From the human T2T-CHM13v2.0 reference genome, Homo sapiens: 64,000 nucleotides of DNA. The DNA lies in the NCBI RefSeq assembly GCF_009914755.1, contig NC_060928.1. One strand, 5' to 3'. Shown here one piece after another: positions 47,055 to 62,231 of this stretch (positions are counted from its first letter, which is position 1; the number at the start of each line of letters is the position of its first letter). Below the pieces are notes generated by a model. It had not been told where the DNA came from and made no database searches. It saw nothing but the letters and a program-made list of their open reading frames with translations. The translations under genes were made by a program, and so were the position numbers.

Positions 47055-48066
47055 CCTTATGGGACTAGTGTTTGGGAAGAAACACCCCTGGTGTATAAAA
47101 TACTAGTCTTTCTTCTCTAGTCATATATAACTATGTAGAGGCATACTTATCTCTGCCCCCTTAGTTTTATTACTGTAACATGCTTTGCTTAACAAACCAG
47201 TTGGTTAACTATTTAAGGAAAGCATCATCATTCTGGCATAGGAAGGATTCAAAACCCAAGTCTAAATTTGGCATTCAGTTCCTAGGCTTCTTATAAACTC
47301 TCGTCTACTTGGTCTTAGTCAAAAGTGCACATGACTACTATCTGTGATGCAGATTTGAAAGAGAGAACAGTAGCATTTATCAGCATCTCCTTTACTCACA
47401 GGATCGGAACATGAAGAACACAATACTTTAGTTGTCATATCCATCAACATTAGAATTAAATTGGAAGTTACTATTTAGATTTTGCCAGCGCAACTCCTAC
47501 TTATCAGTCTTAAAAAACAAAATCCTTCAAGTTTTCTTTGTAAAAACCATAGCTTTTAAAGCTTATTTTATATTAAATTATAAAATAAAACCCAAAGCAT
47601 GTATCACATTTTCACTTCAAATAATATAATTTACACATTTGAAACCTGAGCTCCCGAGACCATAAGCTAAATCTGAAGTCAAAACTTTCAAAAAAAAAAA
47701 AAAGTCACGTTAATCATTCTCACAGAGTTCTGAAAGTTTTGCCATAGACCCTTTATCTTTTTCCTTCCCTACAAGTGCCTGGTGGCTTCCCTTCTACGAG
47801 GACTTTTTGCAGTAGAAACAAGGTCATGTCTTTCTTTTATTATTTGCCTTTGTGTTGCCGCCAGTTTTAGGACCTTACTTAGAAATTCCCAGTACATGGA
47901 CTATGTTCACCAAAACTTGTAAATATTTGTAAACCTGTGTTCTCTAAACGGTTGTAACGATTATTGCTACATGGTCCATTTAGCAATGAATCATGGTCTG
48001 CCCCGTGACACATTTTCTCTCTTGACCTGAGCCATTATTTCAACATTTCATTGTTATTTAATTTAA

Positions 48067-48364
<298 letters not shown>

Positions 48365-48469
48365 TCGTTGCTATTTAATTTTACATGAATGTGTCTTGTT
48401 TTCTCAAACTGCATTTCGGGGTCTTTAAAGTCCGGTCCACTTGTTAATTTTTAATTTAAAAAAAATAAG

Positions 48470-48566
48470 AAAATAATTTTTGCAGAGACAGAATCTTGTT
48501 ATGTTGTCTAAGCTGGTCTTGAACTCCTGGCCTCAAGCGATCCTCTCACCTCCACTGCACCCAGCC
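48470..48566 (-). mobile_element. Truncated FLAM-type monomer
   Basis: AGAGACAGAATCTTG...GAACTCCTGGCCTCAAGCGATCC with internal deletion. Confidence 0.75.
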
Positions 48567-49421
48567 CCACTTGCTTATTTTTGAATTCCACAGCATGGAG
48601 CAGAATTTCTGACAATAGCAGGGTCTTGGGTTACCAGACTTGAGTTTCAAATCCAGCTCTATTCTTTACTATTCATGTGACCCTGGTCAGTTTAGTTACC
48701 TTCATAAGCCTTTTTCTTCATTTGGAATGGGAATGATAATTCTACCCTGTGTGGTTACAATTGAATTATATGATTGTAGGGTGGGCCTGGCTGCAGCATC
48801 TCATGGTTCCAGGGCTGCCATCCATGCAGACCACTGTGTGCGTGGCACTGCCTGGCTAGGGGGCCTGGTACCTATTAGGAACTCAGTAGAGGGCAGTTAT
48901 TGCTATCACTGAATCCCGTTCACTTGATTAACCAAGCATAAAGAAGACATGCCCAGCAGAGGCAAGGTTGAACTGTGTGTAAGTTGTTGGCGGGGAAAGA
49001 GCTACCTTTGGCTCAAGGCCTCGTGAAGCTACACAGATTCAAATTCTCCTTAGGGACAAGTCAGCTATTTTGTGAAGCTATAACAGCTATTGTGTCAGTA
49101 AATCCTTTTAAATAAACAGTTCTAATCTCTGTCCTATGGTAGAAAGGTTGGAAGGTGAGAAGGAAATGAGCTACCATGTTATCCTGATCCTCTGACCCTT
49201 GGATTCTCTTCTCCAGTCTGTCTTTGTGAGTGGACAGATGTCAGCTGGTACTACCCAGCAAAGATAGACACAAGCTTATGGTGAGTTTGGGCATTTTCAG
49301 ATGTTTTTAAATGTAAGGGCATCCAGATTCTGAATCCAATTTTTATGGTTAGCAATTGGTTTTAGTTTATAACAGCAAAAAAAGAATATAGTTTGGATGG
49401 GATGAAAGAAGGAAACAGAAG

Positions 49422-50328
<907 letters not shown>

Positions 50329-51207
50329 GAAGAACTTAAGGCCTGGTGAATGAAGTATCTGAACCTCCAGGTAGATTTTTAGTAAGCACGGAGCCTATGA
50401 TGGGTACTGGTTTAAAGCCCTAAGGGTGGTCTTAGTTTAGTTGAAGAAAAGGAAAGAAGATGTCCTTGAATCATTATTCAGGGTCAAGGAATGAGAGGTG
50501 TTGGTGAAACAGGCAGAGAGGGGACGTGATATTAGATTAATGTCACATCATTGCATCCTATGGAAGGACCTGTAATGTTGTTAGGCAGTTGCTAAGGGCA
50601 AATTACAGGAAAAATATTAACTGGTTAATAGAATCATGTAGTGATAATAGAGAGCTGAAGGCACTTTCAGAGATGATCCGGCCCAGCTCTCTCTCTGCAG
50701 GCAAGGGAATGTCTAAATCATCCAGGACAGATATTGTTGACATCTCAAAAAGCTCATTAAGCATAAAGAGTCCTCCACATTTTGGGGTAGCCCATCTGAT
50801 TATTTTATCATCAGAAGGTTAAAAAAATCTCATCCTTACCCAATCTAAAACTCAGATTGGTTAGGTTTTTATTTTCTTTTACACAACCAGCCACAAACTG
50901 GTGCTTATGATGATGGTGTCTTGTAAATGAACAACAAAGAGCAGGGACCACTCGACCTTCTTACTGCATGCCTTCTTTGTCTCAGAGAACCAGTGAGGTT
51001 CATTTGCTCCACAAAAATTTATCAAGTACCAAGCTCTGTGATAGGAGCTAAGGATGAAGGAATGAATAAAGTGGAATCCCTGCCCTCAATCCATTTGAGT
51101 CTAGTGGGATGGGAGCAGACAAGTAGAGAGGTAATATTTACCAGGTAATGTGTTAACTGTAGTAACGTTTTTTATAAACATGAGAGTATTTATCAAATGC
51201 TGGGAAT

Positions 51208-51886
51208 TGAGGACTAAGCTCTGATTTTTTTCTTATCTTAGCCAAATTCCTATCTAAAGGGGTCTGGAGAGTCGTGCCCTACAAACCATAAATTCTCATC
51301 AGATGGGTTTTATTTAAGCCTATATATCGTGATTTACTTTCCAATCTGACTCTTGCATAACATTATGTGACAAACAAGAAAATAAAAATATTTTATCCCA
51401 AAACATGTTTCTTTGCTGTATTTTGAAATGGCCGTGCAAAGCTGTCCTTTGTGGCAGAAAATTTGCATCTGTAAAGAAACTCTATTAACATAGCTAGATC
51501 TTTTTCTTCCAGGCCCTCCCAGTCCTGAAGAGGTTAACGGAGAGTCTAGCACCTTTTAAAGGTCTGAATAGGAAACGTTTGTCTTCTGTTGTCTCTAAGG
51601 GCAGCCACTATGAGACTTCAAAAGAACCTTGGTCTCCAGAATCTTAACCTGAACATGAAATTGACCTATAGCCTGGAAGCCTGCCCCACCCCACGAGTTG
51701 TCCCGCTGTTCTGGACCAAGCCAATATATTTCTTAATGTATCTGATTGATGTCTCATGACTTCCTGACCACCTTGGGTACATGTTCTCAGGATCTCCTGA
51801 TGGATGTGCCAGAGGCCATGGTCACTCATATTTGGCTCAGAATAAATCTTTTCAAATATTTTACAGCTTGACTCTTTTCAGCGACA
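51208..51886 (+). mobile_element. MER4D/E-like ERV1 solo LTR
   Basis: TGAGGACTAAGCTCTGATTTT start; GGTCACTCATATTTGGCTCAGAATAAATC...GACA end. Confidence 0.85.
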
Positions 51887-51946
51887 ATAATTGTGCTAAG
51901 TGCTTCAGGCATATTATCCCATTCATTCTCACAACTCCCTTGTCAC

Positions 51947-52380
51947 TGTCGGGCCGTTGAGCCCAACCTAAGCCATCATATCCCCTGTGACCTGCATGTA
52001 TGCATCCAGATGGCCTGAAGCAAGTGAAGAATCACAAAAGAAGTGAAAATGGCCAGTTCTTGCATTAACTGATGACATTTCACCATTGTGATTTGTTCCT
52101 GCCCCACCTTAACTGAGCGATTAACCTTGTGAAATTCCTTTTCCTGACTCAGAACCTCCCCCACTGAGCACCTTGTGACCCCCGCCCCTGCCCGCAAGAG
52201 AACAACCCCCTTTGACTGTAATTTTCCACTACTCACCCAAATCCTATAAAAGTGCCCCACCCCTATCTCCCTTTGCTGACTCTCTTTTGGACTCAGCCTG
52301 CCTGCACCTAGGTGAAATAAACAGCCTTGTTGCTCACACAAAGCCTGTTTGGTGGTCTCTTCACACAGACGTGCGTGACA
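51947..52380 (+). mobile_element. LTR7 (HERV-H) solo LTR
   Basis: TGTC..GAGCCCAA..AAGCCATCATATCCCCTGTGACC start; CACACAAAGCCTGTTTGGTGGTCTCTTCACAC end; 5-bp TSD GTCAC (51942-51946, 52381-52385). Confidence 0.95.
52100..52321 (+). promoter_or_regulatory. LTR7 core promoter and poly(A) elements
   Basis: GCCCCACC (KLF/SP-type), TGACTCA 52145-52151, GC box CCCCGCCCC ~52180, TATAAAA 52245-52251, AATAAA 52316-52321; activity not shown. Confidence 0.55.
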
Positions 52381-54589
52381 GTCACAAACTTATGATTGCA
52401 AAAAAACCCTTTGAGTGCAACCTTTTCTTTCTGGTTGGAACTTATTGTTTTGTAGTTTTGGTTTTTTTGTTTGTTTTGGTCTGTTTATTTTTTATTTATA
52501 TTGGCTTTTTTGTTGCCTTTTTCAGTTTTATTTCTGTGGTTGAAACTTTATGGCACATTCTAAATTCTTCCTGGCAATGGCTTAGTGTGAATTTATGATC
52601 AGTCCTGCTAGTTTTGCTTGTTAGATGTAAAGGAAATTTTTGAGGCTTTAGAAATCCCTTTTCTCTCTCAAATTTATAGGCTTTCAAGACTGTTGTTTCT
52701 ATGGGTTTCAAAATCCTATGCTGGCAGTCAAAAACTTTTTCTCTTTGCATTTCTGCAGTAATTCTAATTCTCCCGGAGGCAGGTGGAATCCTCTGGAATG
52801 TCATATGCAAGCAAGTGAGGAAGAAAAAAGAAAGAGGACATGTTTTAACATATCATCTCTCTTTTACAAAATAAATGGACACACACAGACACTTACACAG
52901 TTATTGACTCGAGGAGTCGCTGCACATTCTCATATAAAGGTATTACATCTTAACTAGAGATAGTTCTTAAACTTGCAAAATATAGATTACTTCTAATCAC
53001 GTCATGTCAGGCATCAATGTACTGGGTAAGGGTTTCTTTTCCCCCCTGTAATTTTTTCTACTTTGTTGAACACATTGAGCTAAAAAATCCTATACGAAGT
53101 TGTTCCTTTAGGTAAATTAGTTAATTTTCAATAAAATTACAGCTTTCGTAAAATATTAACAGGCACTTTTGTCTCTTCTGCATTTCTGCATTGGACTCCC
53201 CGCATATCTATACCACACATATGTATGATTATTGTTCTCTAAAGCAGTAATTATGCTGATAGTAATGATCCCGAATGACCGTAAAGATTGTCTCTGATTA
53301 CATTTAACAGCAAATACAAAGACACTGTTTTTCCTACTTGGGTATATTTAACAGCAAATGCTATGAACGATCCAGACAGCTGTAATGGCTGAGTTGGGAA
53401 GTCTGTTTCCTGAATAGGGTAGAAATTCACCACTGGGGAAAGAAATGCTTCCCCGTTACTTTTATTGTGTTACTGACCCATCACATATGCTCAGGCTTCC
53501 AAGCTGAGAACGTGCCAAACTATTAACCAAAATAATACGTCTGGCTCCCAAAGCTCACATTTTGTGTAAATGCAAATGTAATCCCGAGGTGTATTAGTTA
53601 GCAAGATGGCCGTCTGGTGGGACACTTGGTATCATGTGCCCTTCCCGCTCCATGGCTTGGAATGGAATTTGTGCTGGCCGTTAACGTTCTTGAATGCATT
53701 TCCCTCTGAGCTTGGATAGAGGGTAAGACAGCCAAATGGAAACATCTTCTTTCAGGTTCTTTGGAAATACATTTATTGATCTCTCTCAATCTTTGGCGGG
53801 ATTTTCTTTCTTCCTGGATGAACAGGAACAACTCTGGGAGCCGCTTGCAGTGACACGATGCAGCTGTGTGTATACCTGGATGCCTTAGAGAATGTGTCAG
53901 GGAGAGAACAGTTAGGCAGTACATCTCTTCCTCCTGAAGTCCAGAATGTATGTGTATATATACAATTCTCTCTGCTTCTCTGTGCCCTTTTTGTCTTTCT
54001 CTGTTTATCATTCACCCCTTCTCTCATCCTTTCCCTCGTCTCCTCCCCCAGCACCTGATAACCATGTTACAGGATGGAGTAGGATGGAGTGAAAATATGT
54101 TTGCTCTCCAGGCAGCATGAGAAACAGCAGATGTACTACAGGGTGTGGGAGGAGAGTTTCAGTGCACAGTGCATTGTACAAAGAATGCATAGGGGAGGTT
54201 AATTGCTATTATCATTACTATTTATTAAAATGTAACAGTGCAGACTGTATCATCATTGATCTGGTGACTTAATATTTCAATTGGACAAGCAGGTAGTTTT
54301 AGACCTAAAATATTAAGCACCTAAAAAGACATTTAAAAACATTATTCACAGTCCCAAAGAAAAGCAATAACAAAAAATGTTTCATTTTCCCTCTGATTGT
54401 TCCTGGATTTGTTCTCTTTTCTTTGGTGGAAAATGATGGTGCTACCTACAATTAGATCTGCCTGACTCTGAGTGGTGTGGCAAAACTCTGTTAGCTATTT
54501 ATTTGGATTCTTGAGGCCCTAGGAGCCTGTGGTCCTGTTGGTGTGAATTGTATTAGGAAGAGAGGAGAGATAAAAGATGTAAATGGAGA

Positions 54590-54618
54590 TCTGTCTGTCT
54601 ACCTATCTATCTATCCGT

Positions 54619-54675
<57 letters not shown>

Positions 54676-54683
54676 ATCTATCT
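54590..54683. repeat. Complex GATA-type tetranucleotide STR, core (TATC)14
   Basis: Pure (TATC)14 at 54620-54675 flanked by TCTG/TCTA variants. Confidence 0.95.
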
Positions 54684-55978
54684 GCAAGGAGAAAGAGAGA
54701 CTGAAGAGAATGCAGGGTGATAGAAAGGTAGAAAAGGGATTGAAATCATTGTTAAAAGGAATGAGAAGGTACAGCTCTACCAGTCTATAGCATAATTCCA
54801 TTTTGGCCAGGTAATCAACATGCTGACACCAGGCTACAATTTTTCTCCTGAAGCACAAAAGGAAATGAAGGCTTGACTAGCACTGCAAGGCTGTGAGTTA
54901 GGAAACGGGAAACAAGATGCTCCTGCTGCTGTTGGAGTCTTGAGTTGTTCCTGAAATGAGACTGTGGCATCCCCTGAGAACAAGGCATGATGCAGAATTG
55001 CACAATCTAGGTGCCTGTATTTCAGCTGGCAAAGCTCCCACCTCTGCCTCAGACTCCTTGTCCTGCCACGCAGGCTCCAGACAGTGACACTAAAACATTG
55101 CTCTGTATGGTAATTTGTCTGAAAAATAGCTTTAGAACTGTACCAGCTTTATGGCTCAACAATTGGAGCATTTAGGTGAAATTTGGAACCCAGCCATTAA
55201 GAGAACTGCTAGAGAAAAACATGACAGTAAAATCAAATTTCAAATCAGCATCACTTACCATATGGGAAACTGCAAATTCAGCAAAAGGGAAGGCAATGCT
55301 GAAATTCACCTTCAAAGCTAAATATTGTTCCTTAGACCAATTTCAACCTCGAATTCATTTGAATTTCCTTTATGTCTGGTTACATCTGAAGTGAAGTAAT
55401 TAGCAATAGGCTTGTTAGATTTTTCTTTCCTTATGGAATTTTTTTTTTTTCAGAGAGACAATGATCACTTATGAGGTCATATTTGTCACAGGAATGGCAA
55501 AGACTAAAGTGATTCCCACCATTTTTTAGGATGAGCCACTTTTTTGTTTTCCTAGCAAGTTTAACTTTATTGAGTTTAACTTCATGAAGTTAGCATACTA
55601 ATTAATTTTAATTACTAAAGTTAACCCAATGTAAATACATGTTTATTTAATATGCCATTAATTTAAACACAGCTTTTATAAGACATAATTTTATATATCA
55701 CAAAGTGCAATTACTATGAAGAATGGCTTTAGAGTTAGTTCCAGTTACTCCTGACTAAAGCCACAGCCAGGTGTTGCCTAGAAAATCATATTTGCCTTGG
55801 CCCTGTTTCCTCTATTCTTTTTATCCAGCCGATACCAGGACATTTGCTGATCTTCCATATTATTCCTCATCACATCATATCTGGAGTGGCCCTTTCTTAA
55901 CATCAAAACTTTGAGACAACCCCCCACGTAATGGTTACTGGAATTACTTGTTGACCGAGGAAATATATATATGTATAA

Positions 55979-56316
<338 letters not shown>

Positions 56317-56317
56317 C

Positions 56318-56700
56318 TTGTGTGTTTGTTTGTTTGAGATGGAGTTTCACTCTTTTGCCCAGGTGGGAGTGAAGTGGTGCGATCTCGGCTCACTGCAACC
56401 TCCACACCTCCCCGCACCGCACCCTCCCCACTGCCCCTGCCCTTCAAGCGATTCTCCTGCCTCAGCCTCATCCTCAGCCTCAGCCTCAGCCTCGTCAGTA
56501 GCTGGGATTATAGGCCCCCACCACCACGCCCGGCTAATTTTTGTATTTTTAGTAGAGAAAAGCCCCGTAGGCTTTTTCCTCTTTAGAGACAGGGTTTTGC
56601 CATTTTGGCCAGGCTGGTCTCGAACTTCTGACCTCAGATGATCCACCCTCCTCGGCATCCCAAAGTGCTGGGATTACAGGTATGAGCCACTGCATACGTC
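56318..56700 (-). mobile_element. AluS element with three internal expansions or insertions
   Basis: C-rich insert 56402-56442; (GCCTCA)~6 at 56459-56493; hairpin-like insert 56554-56582. Confidence 0.9.
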
Positions 56701-56992
56701 CTAGGAATGCTTTACTTGATCACAACAATGATACATATTTGAAAGTAGTGGGAAATATATGGGTGAGATATATCACTCGGCCTAGTGATAATGATTGGGG
56801 AGCATGTAGATTCACAGAACACTTTATAGTAATGCCAGGCCCCAGAAGGTAACCACTCCTGCAGGAGTTTGAGGAAGAAGAGCAGTTTTCGCTGGATGTC
56901 TAGGGAAGATTCCACAGGTGAACCTGCATTTGAACTTGGTGTTGTCAGCTTTCTCTGTTCCTAAACTTTGCAGTATAAGAATGTAGCCGAAG

Positions 56993-57420
56993 GGCCGGGC
57001 GCAGTGGCTCACGCCTGTAATCCCAGCACTTTGGGAGGCCGTGGCCGGTGGATCGCCAGAGGTCAGGAGATCGAGACCATGCTGGCTAATACGGTGAAAC
57101 CCCGTCTCTACTAAAAATACAAAAAGCCGGGCGTTGTGGCGGGCGCCTGTAGTCCCAGCTACTCGGGAGGCTGAGGCAGGAGAATGGCGTGAACCAGGGA
57201 AGGCGGAGCTTGCAGTGAGCTGAGATGGTGCCACTGCACTCCAGCCTGGGCGACAGAGCAAGACTCCGTCTCAAAAACAAAAACAAAAACAAAAAATTGG
57301 CCAGGCGTGGTGGTGGGCATCTTTAATCCCAGCTACTTGCGAGGCTGAGGCAGGAGAATCACTTGAATCCAGGAGGCGGAAAACAAAACGAAACAAAACA
57401 AAACAAAAAATCAAAAAAGA
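56993..57420 (+). mobile_element. AluY-like element plus partial right monomer and (AAAAC)n
   Basis: Sense dimer 56993-57296; truncated monomer from ~57297. Confidence 0.92.
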
Positions 57421-57769
57421 AAGTCTCTGAAGGCTTCACACTGTCAGATTGCCAGGCAGTGAGTGGGAGCTGGTGCTGCTCTCAGTATAGCTGCTATTGG
57501 GAAAAGGATGGTTGTTCTACTGATTAAATGTGACTCTAGTTGGTATTTGAATTTGAGGGACATAGGAACGTCTCCCTCAGGAATTCTTCCTCAACGGCAT
57601 TTCCTCCCCACCAGCCTCTCCGCATAGGCTTTCTCCTCTTTAAGGCAGACCTCATCCCCCTATTGTATTATGAGCTCTCTAGAGGACAGAGCAGGATCTT
57701 TCTGCACAGAAGAAAGTCTTATGGAAGTTGGGAGCGGTTAGAAGAAACCACAGCCATTTCCCACCCACC

Positions 57770-57817
57770 CCATTCCTTTCAATGGCAAAAACAATAATTA
57801 CTTTTGCACCAATCTAA
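57770..57817. mobile_element. MADE1 (Hsmar1 MITE) half element
   Basis: CCATTCCTTTCAATGGCAAAAACAATAATTACTTTTGCACCAATCTAA followed by TA. Confidence 0.85.
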
Positions 57818-57869
57818 TATTTATATTTAGCCTAATAGAAAGATCAAGTTAGATATATATATAGAAAAT

Positions 57870-58240
57870 GTGTTGCTCAGAATAAGATGGAGCTCTTTGA
57901 GTCTAGATAACCGTGGATGCCTTGGGGTCACTGAGGGGCTTCCGGCATCCAAGCCTGCTCCATGTGATATTGTTGGTTGGTACATGCTTGACTCAACTGA
58001 ACTATTTCAATTTCTTGCCTTGGAAATGGAAATTTGGACCTGAAGGCAGAGAGTCTGGGAGTTTTCAGAGCTGAGTCACATTGACGGCAGTTTTCTAAAG
58101 AAGAGGATCATGTACTTTAATTCATCCTTCAGTTCCGTGGGCTACTCCAGTATCTTTCCAATGACATCTCACTCCTTTTTTCCTTAAGTTGGCCAGATGT
58201 GGGTTCTGTTATTTGGTCCCCCCAAAACCTTAATTATTAT
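57870..58240 (+). mobile_element. Old ERVL/MaLR LTR fragment
   Basis: 3' end CCTTAAGTTGGCCAGATGTGGGTTCTGTTATTTG...; family uncertain. Confidence 0.45.
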
Positions 58241-58743
58241 GTAAGTCTTTAGGACAGGGGAGTGGACTATCCTCCTTTGGACTGTAAATCAAATCCACTG
58301 AGGATTTTAAGGATTCTTAAAAATCAGAGTTGCAGCCCACATATGCCTTAGGAGGTTGTGGGATTTGGATTATCCCAGTGAGAATCTGAATAAATAGTTA
58401 CATAGTCTAAGACCAACCTTGTGTTTTCTTAGAGGTGGGTGGGGAATGGCTGTGCTTTCTTCCAACCATTCCCAACTTCCATAAGACCTTCTTCTGTGCA
58501 GAAAGTTCCCACTGTGTCCTTGTGGAGAGCTTATTTAATGACTTGGCATCATGAAACTTGACCAGGCTTATCTGGCTTAATGCCACTTTTATAGAGAGAC
58601 AGTACTTCTTGTTTCCTCCCTTAACCGTCGGGGCTGGTTTTAGGAGGAATGAGTAAACAAAATAAATAAGTGCTCTATTTAAAGCACGAATTTTATGTTG
58701 GTAAATGTAAGAAATTTTAAAAAATTGTTTTAAGTGTATAGTT

Positions 58744-59053
<310 letters not shown>

Positions 59054-59824
59054 TTAAAGATACCTATATAGTAAAAAATTTTTAAAAGTATTTATGTAAG
59101 AAAACTTGAAATAGATGACAGTGCTAATAGCCATTCTGAAGAACTGGTGGTGTTATAGATGCTCTCTTCCCCACCATTTCCTGTTTTTCACACTCTCATA
59201 ATGTGGAGTCATTATCCCTATAAGAATTTTTGAAAGCATAGGACTCAGGGAGAAAAAATAAATACAACTAGTCTACTTTATGATTAAAAATCAAAGAGAG
59301 AGAGAGAGCGAAGAAGAAGCAGGGGTAGGAGTGGGATAAGGAGAGATAGAGAGAAAAGGAGAAAAATGGAATGAGATATTCTCAAGTGTTGCCAGATTGT
59401 CACAGAAAAAAAATCTTGGTATAACTGTCTTGAAAAATTTTAAACTTTGACATTTTTGTCTTGAAGTAGTAGAGGATTTTTGTGCTTATTTTCAGTTTAT
59501 GAATGAGTGGTGTTTGTGTCAGCATCTTAAACAATGGAATAAAAACGAATGTATTCGTTTTTTGTTCAGTGTAACGGTTTGAAATGCCAGATACCTTCAG
59601 GGATGAAGCGGCTGCTTCTCAGAGAACTGCTCCAGGTTTTAGGTTGCAGGGTTATTTGGCAGAGGTGCCCACTTTCTCTATTTGTCTAAGACAGAATTAG
59701 GTCACACAAACAACAAAGATATATAAGAGAAACCCCCTTCTAGGTTCAAAAGGAAGTGAGAAAAAAATTGGTATAAAAAAGAATTCTCTTTTTAAGCACA
59801 TTAAAGTCTCCCTTTTTTTCAATC

Positions 59825-60144
<320 letters not shown>

Positions 60145-60380
60145 TAAATATATTGTCTTGGGAAATGTTTCAATTAGAAATTTTAAAAATATTCAACACA
60201 TATAATGTACCACGGTTGTTATATATTTTGTTGACTAAACCAGTATCTTCTTTGACATGGTGTGCACAGGTATTCATATATCAATTGCAAAAGGGCTTCA
60301 TTCAAAGCATACAAGAAACAATTAACCAGGTTAATTCAATAGGAGTTGGAAATGGATTGGCTTTTACAAACTATCTCGAC

Positions 60381-60565
60381 CAGCGCCTTCCAGTACAACT
60401 TTTTGAGATGATGGAAATGCTCTATCTCTGTATTGCCAATGCAGTAGCCACTAGCTTCATGTAAGTAATTGAAATGTAGCTGGTGTGACTGAGGAATTAA
60501 ATGTTTAATTTAACTTAATTTCCATTAAGTAGCCACACATGGCCAGTGCTGTGTTGACAGCACAG
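60381..60565. mobile_element. MER3-like hAT-Charlie MITE
   Basis: GATGATGGAAATG...GTAGCCACTAG...GTGACTGAGGAA; 8-bp TSD ATCTCGAC/ATCTAGAC (60373-60380, 60566-60573). Confidence 0.85.
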
Positions 60566-60726
60566 ATCTAGACCATCATGTTTATTTGGCAGATAAGGAA
60601 ATCAGGAGAGAGGCTGAGAAGCCCAAGACAGCAGTCCAATATAGCATTAATAGTTTTAACCAATTTTCATGAAGGAGAGATTAGGGAAAAGAAGGAAGAC
60701 AAATAAATTGGGTACGTTAGTGTTCT

Positions 60727-61050
<324 letters not shown>

Positions 61051-61199
61051 TGAGACTGTTCCCTTATGCAACTTTTATTTTAAATCCCTTGAGATGCCTA
61101 GAAACCACCCACCTGGTAGGGGTGATGTGTAAGATGTGTAAGATTACCCAAATTGATTTCACCCCTCAAATCCACTCTGATTCTTACACTAATACATTT

Positions 61200-61750
61200 A
61201 GAAAGCACTTCATAGTTTTCAAATCTTGTTCATCTATACAGTTTTCTCACATTTGCTCTTTTCAACATCCATGTCAGGTTGGAAGAGAAAATATCATCCC
61301 TCCCCTATGTCTGAGGTTCCAACAGGCCAAATGAGTAGCACAGGTTCATGTGACTAGCAAGTGCAGCTGCTGGGGAAGGTTTTGACTCTTAGTTCAGCCT
61401 CTTTCTGTTACAACCGGCTGCCCTTTATCTAAGTCCCTGAGAAGTGTTAAGACTTGGGAACCTGCGTTAGTATTAGGGGCAAATTAGGAAAGCCCCACAG
61501 AGCAGAAGCATCTTCCACAAAACATCCTCTGGCAGAAGTCTAGTGGGAGTATAAACTCCAGAATCAAGGAGATATGGGATTGGTAACAGTCTGTCAAACG
61601 TACTACAAGTATAATTTGGGCAAGTTACTTAGCCTCTTTTAAATATCATTTTCCTTGTTGGTAAAATGAGGATAATAATGGTACCTAAAAGACTTCTTGT
61701 GCAGATTAAATTAAATAATTCAAGTAAAGTGCTTTGTGCAGTAGTTGTTA
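61200..61750. mobile_element. Two MIR fragments in opposite orientation (~61200-61410 minus, ~61570-61750 plus)
   Basis: TGGGCAAGTTACTTAGCCTCT...GTAAAATGAGGATAATAATGGTACC. Confidence 0.6.
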
Positions 61751-62231
61751 GCTATAATTATGAATATTAATATAGAAAGAATTAAGTTATGTTTTGATTG
61801 CTTCCTGGGCCTATTTCTAGATTCAGAATCAGGAAACAGCAACTTTGGTCTTGGCATGCTTTAGAATGCTGCTGAGTCTTTTAGCCTTGTCACCAAATTC
61901 TTTCCTTCCTCTACAATTCCCTATTCTCTTTCTCCCACTACCATACCATCAAGAAAATGGAATTGAGTTTCCACCCCGGAAATCTCTCCATTGCTGTAAA
62001 TGTTGTGGGGCTCTAGGGAAAGAGTGAGGCACGTGGGCTTTTAGAACCATTGATAGGCCTCCTGATGTCCATAGCATTGTGGGAACAACAGTATAAAGCC
62101 GCATGCCCAGTTCAAAGGAGTGTATTTTGAAAGTTTTCTAAAATTAAACCTTTTCTCTCTGTGAAAAGATTTTTTTTTTCTCACAGTCCTCCTATCCTTA
62201 TCACTATGAAAATTGAGCCACTTTCTGGCTA

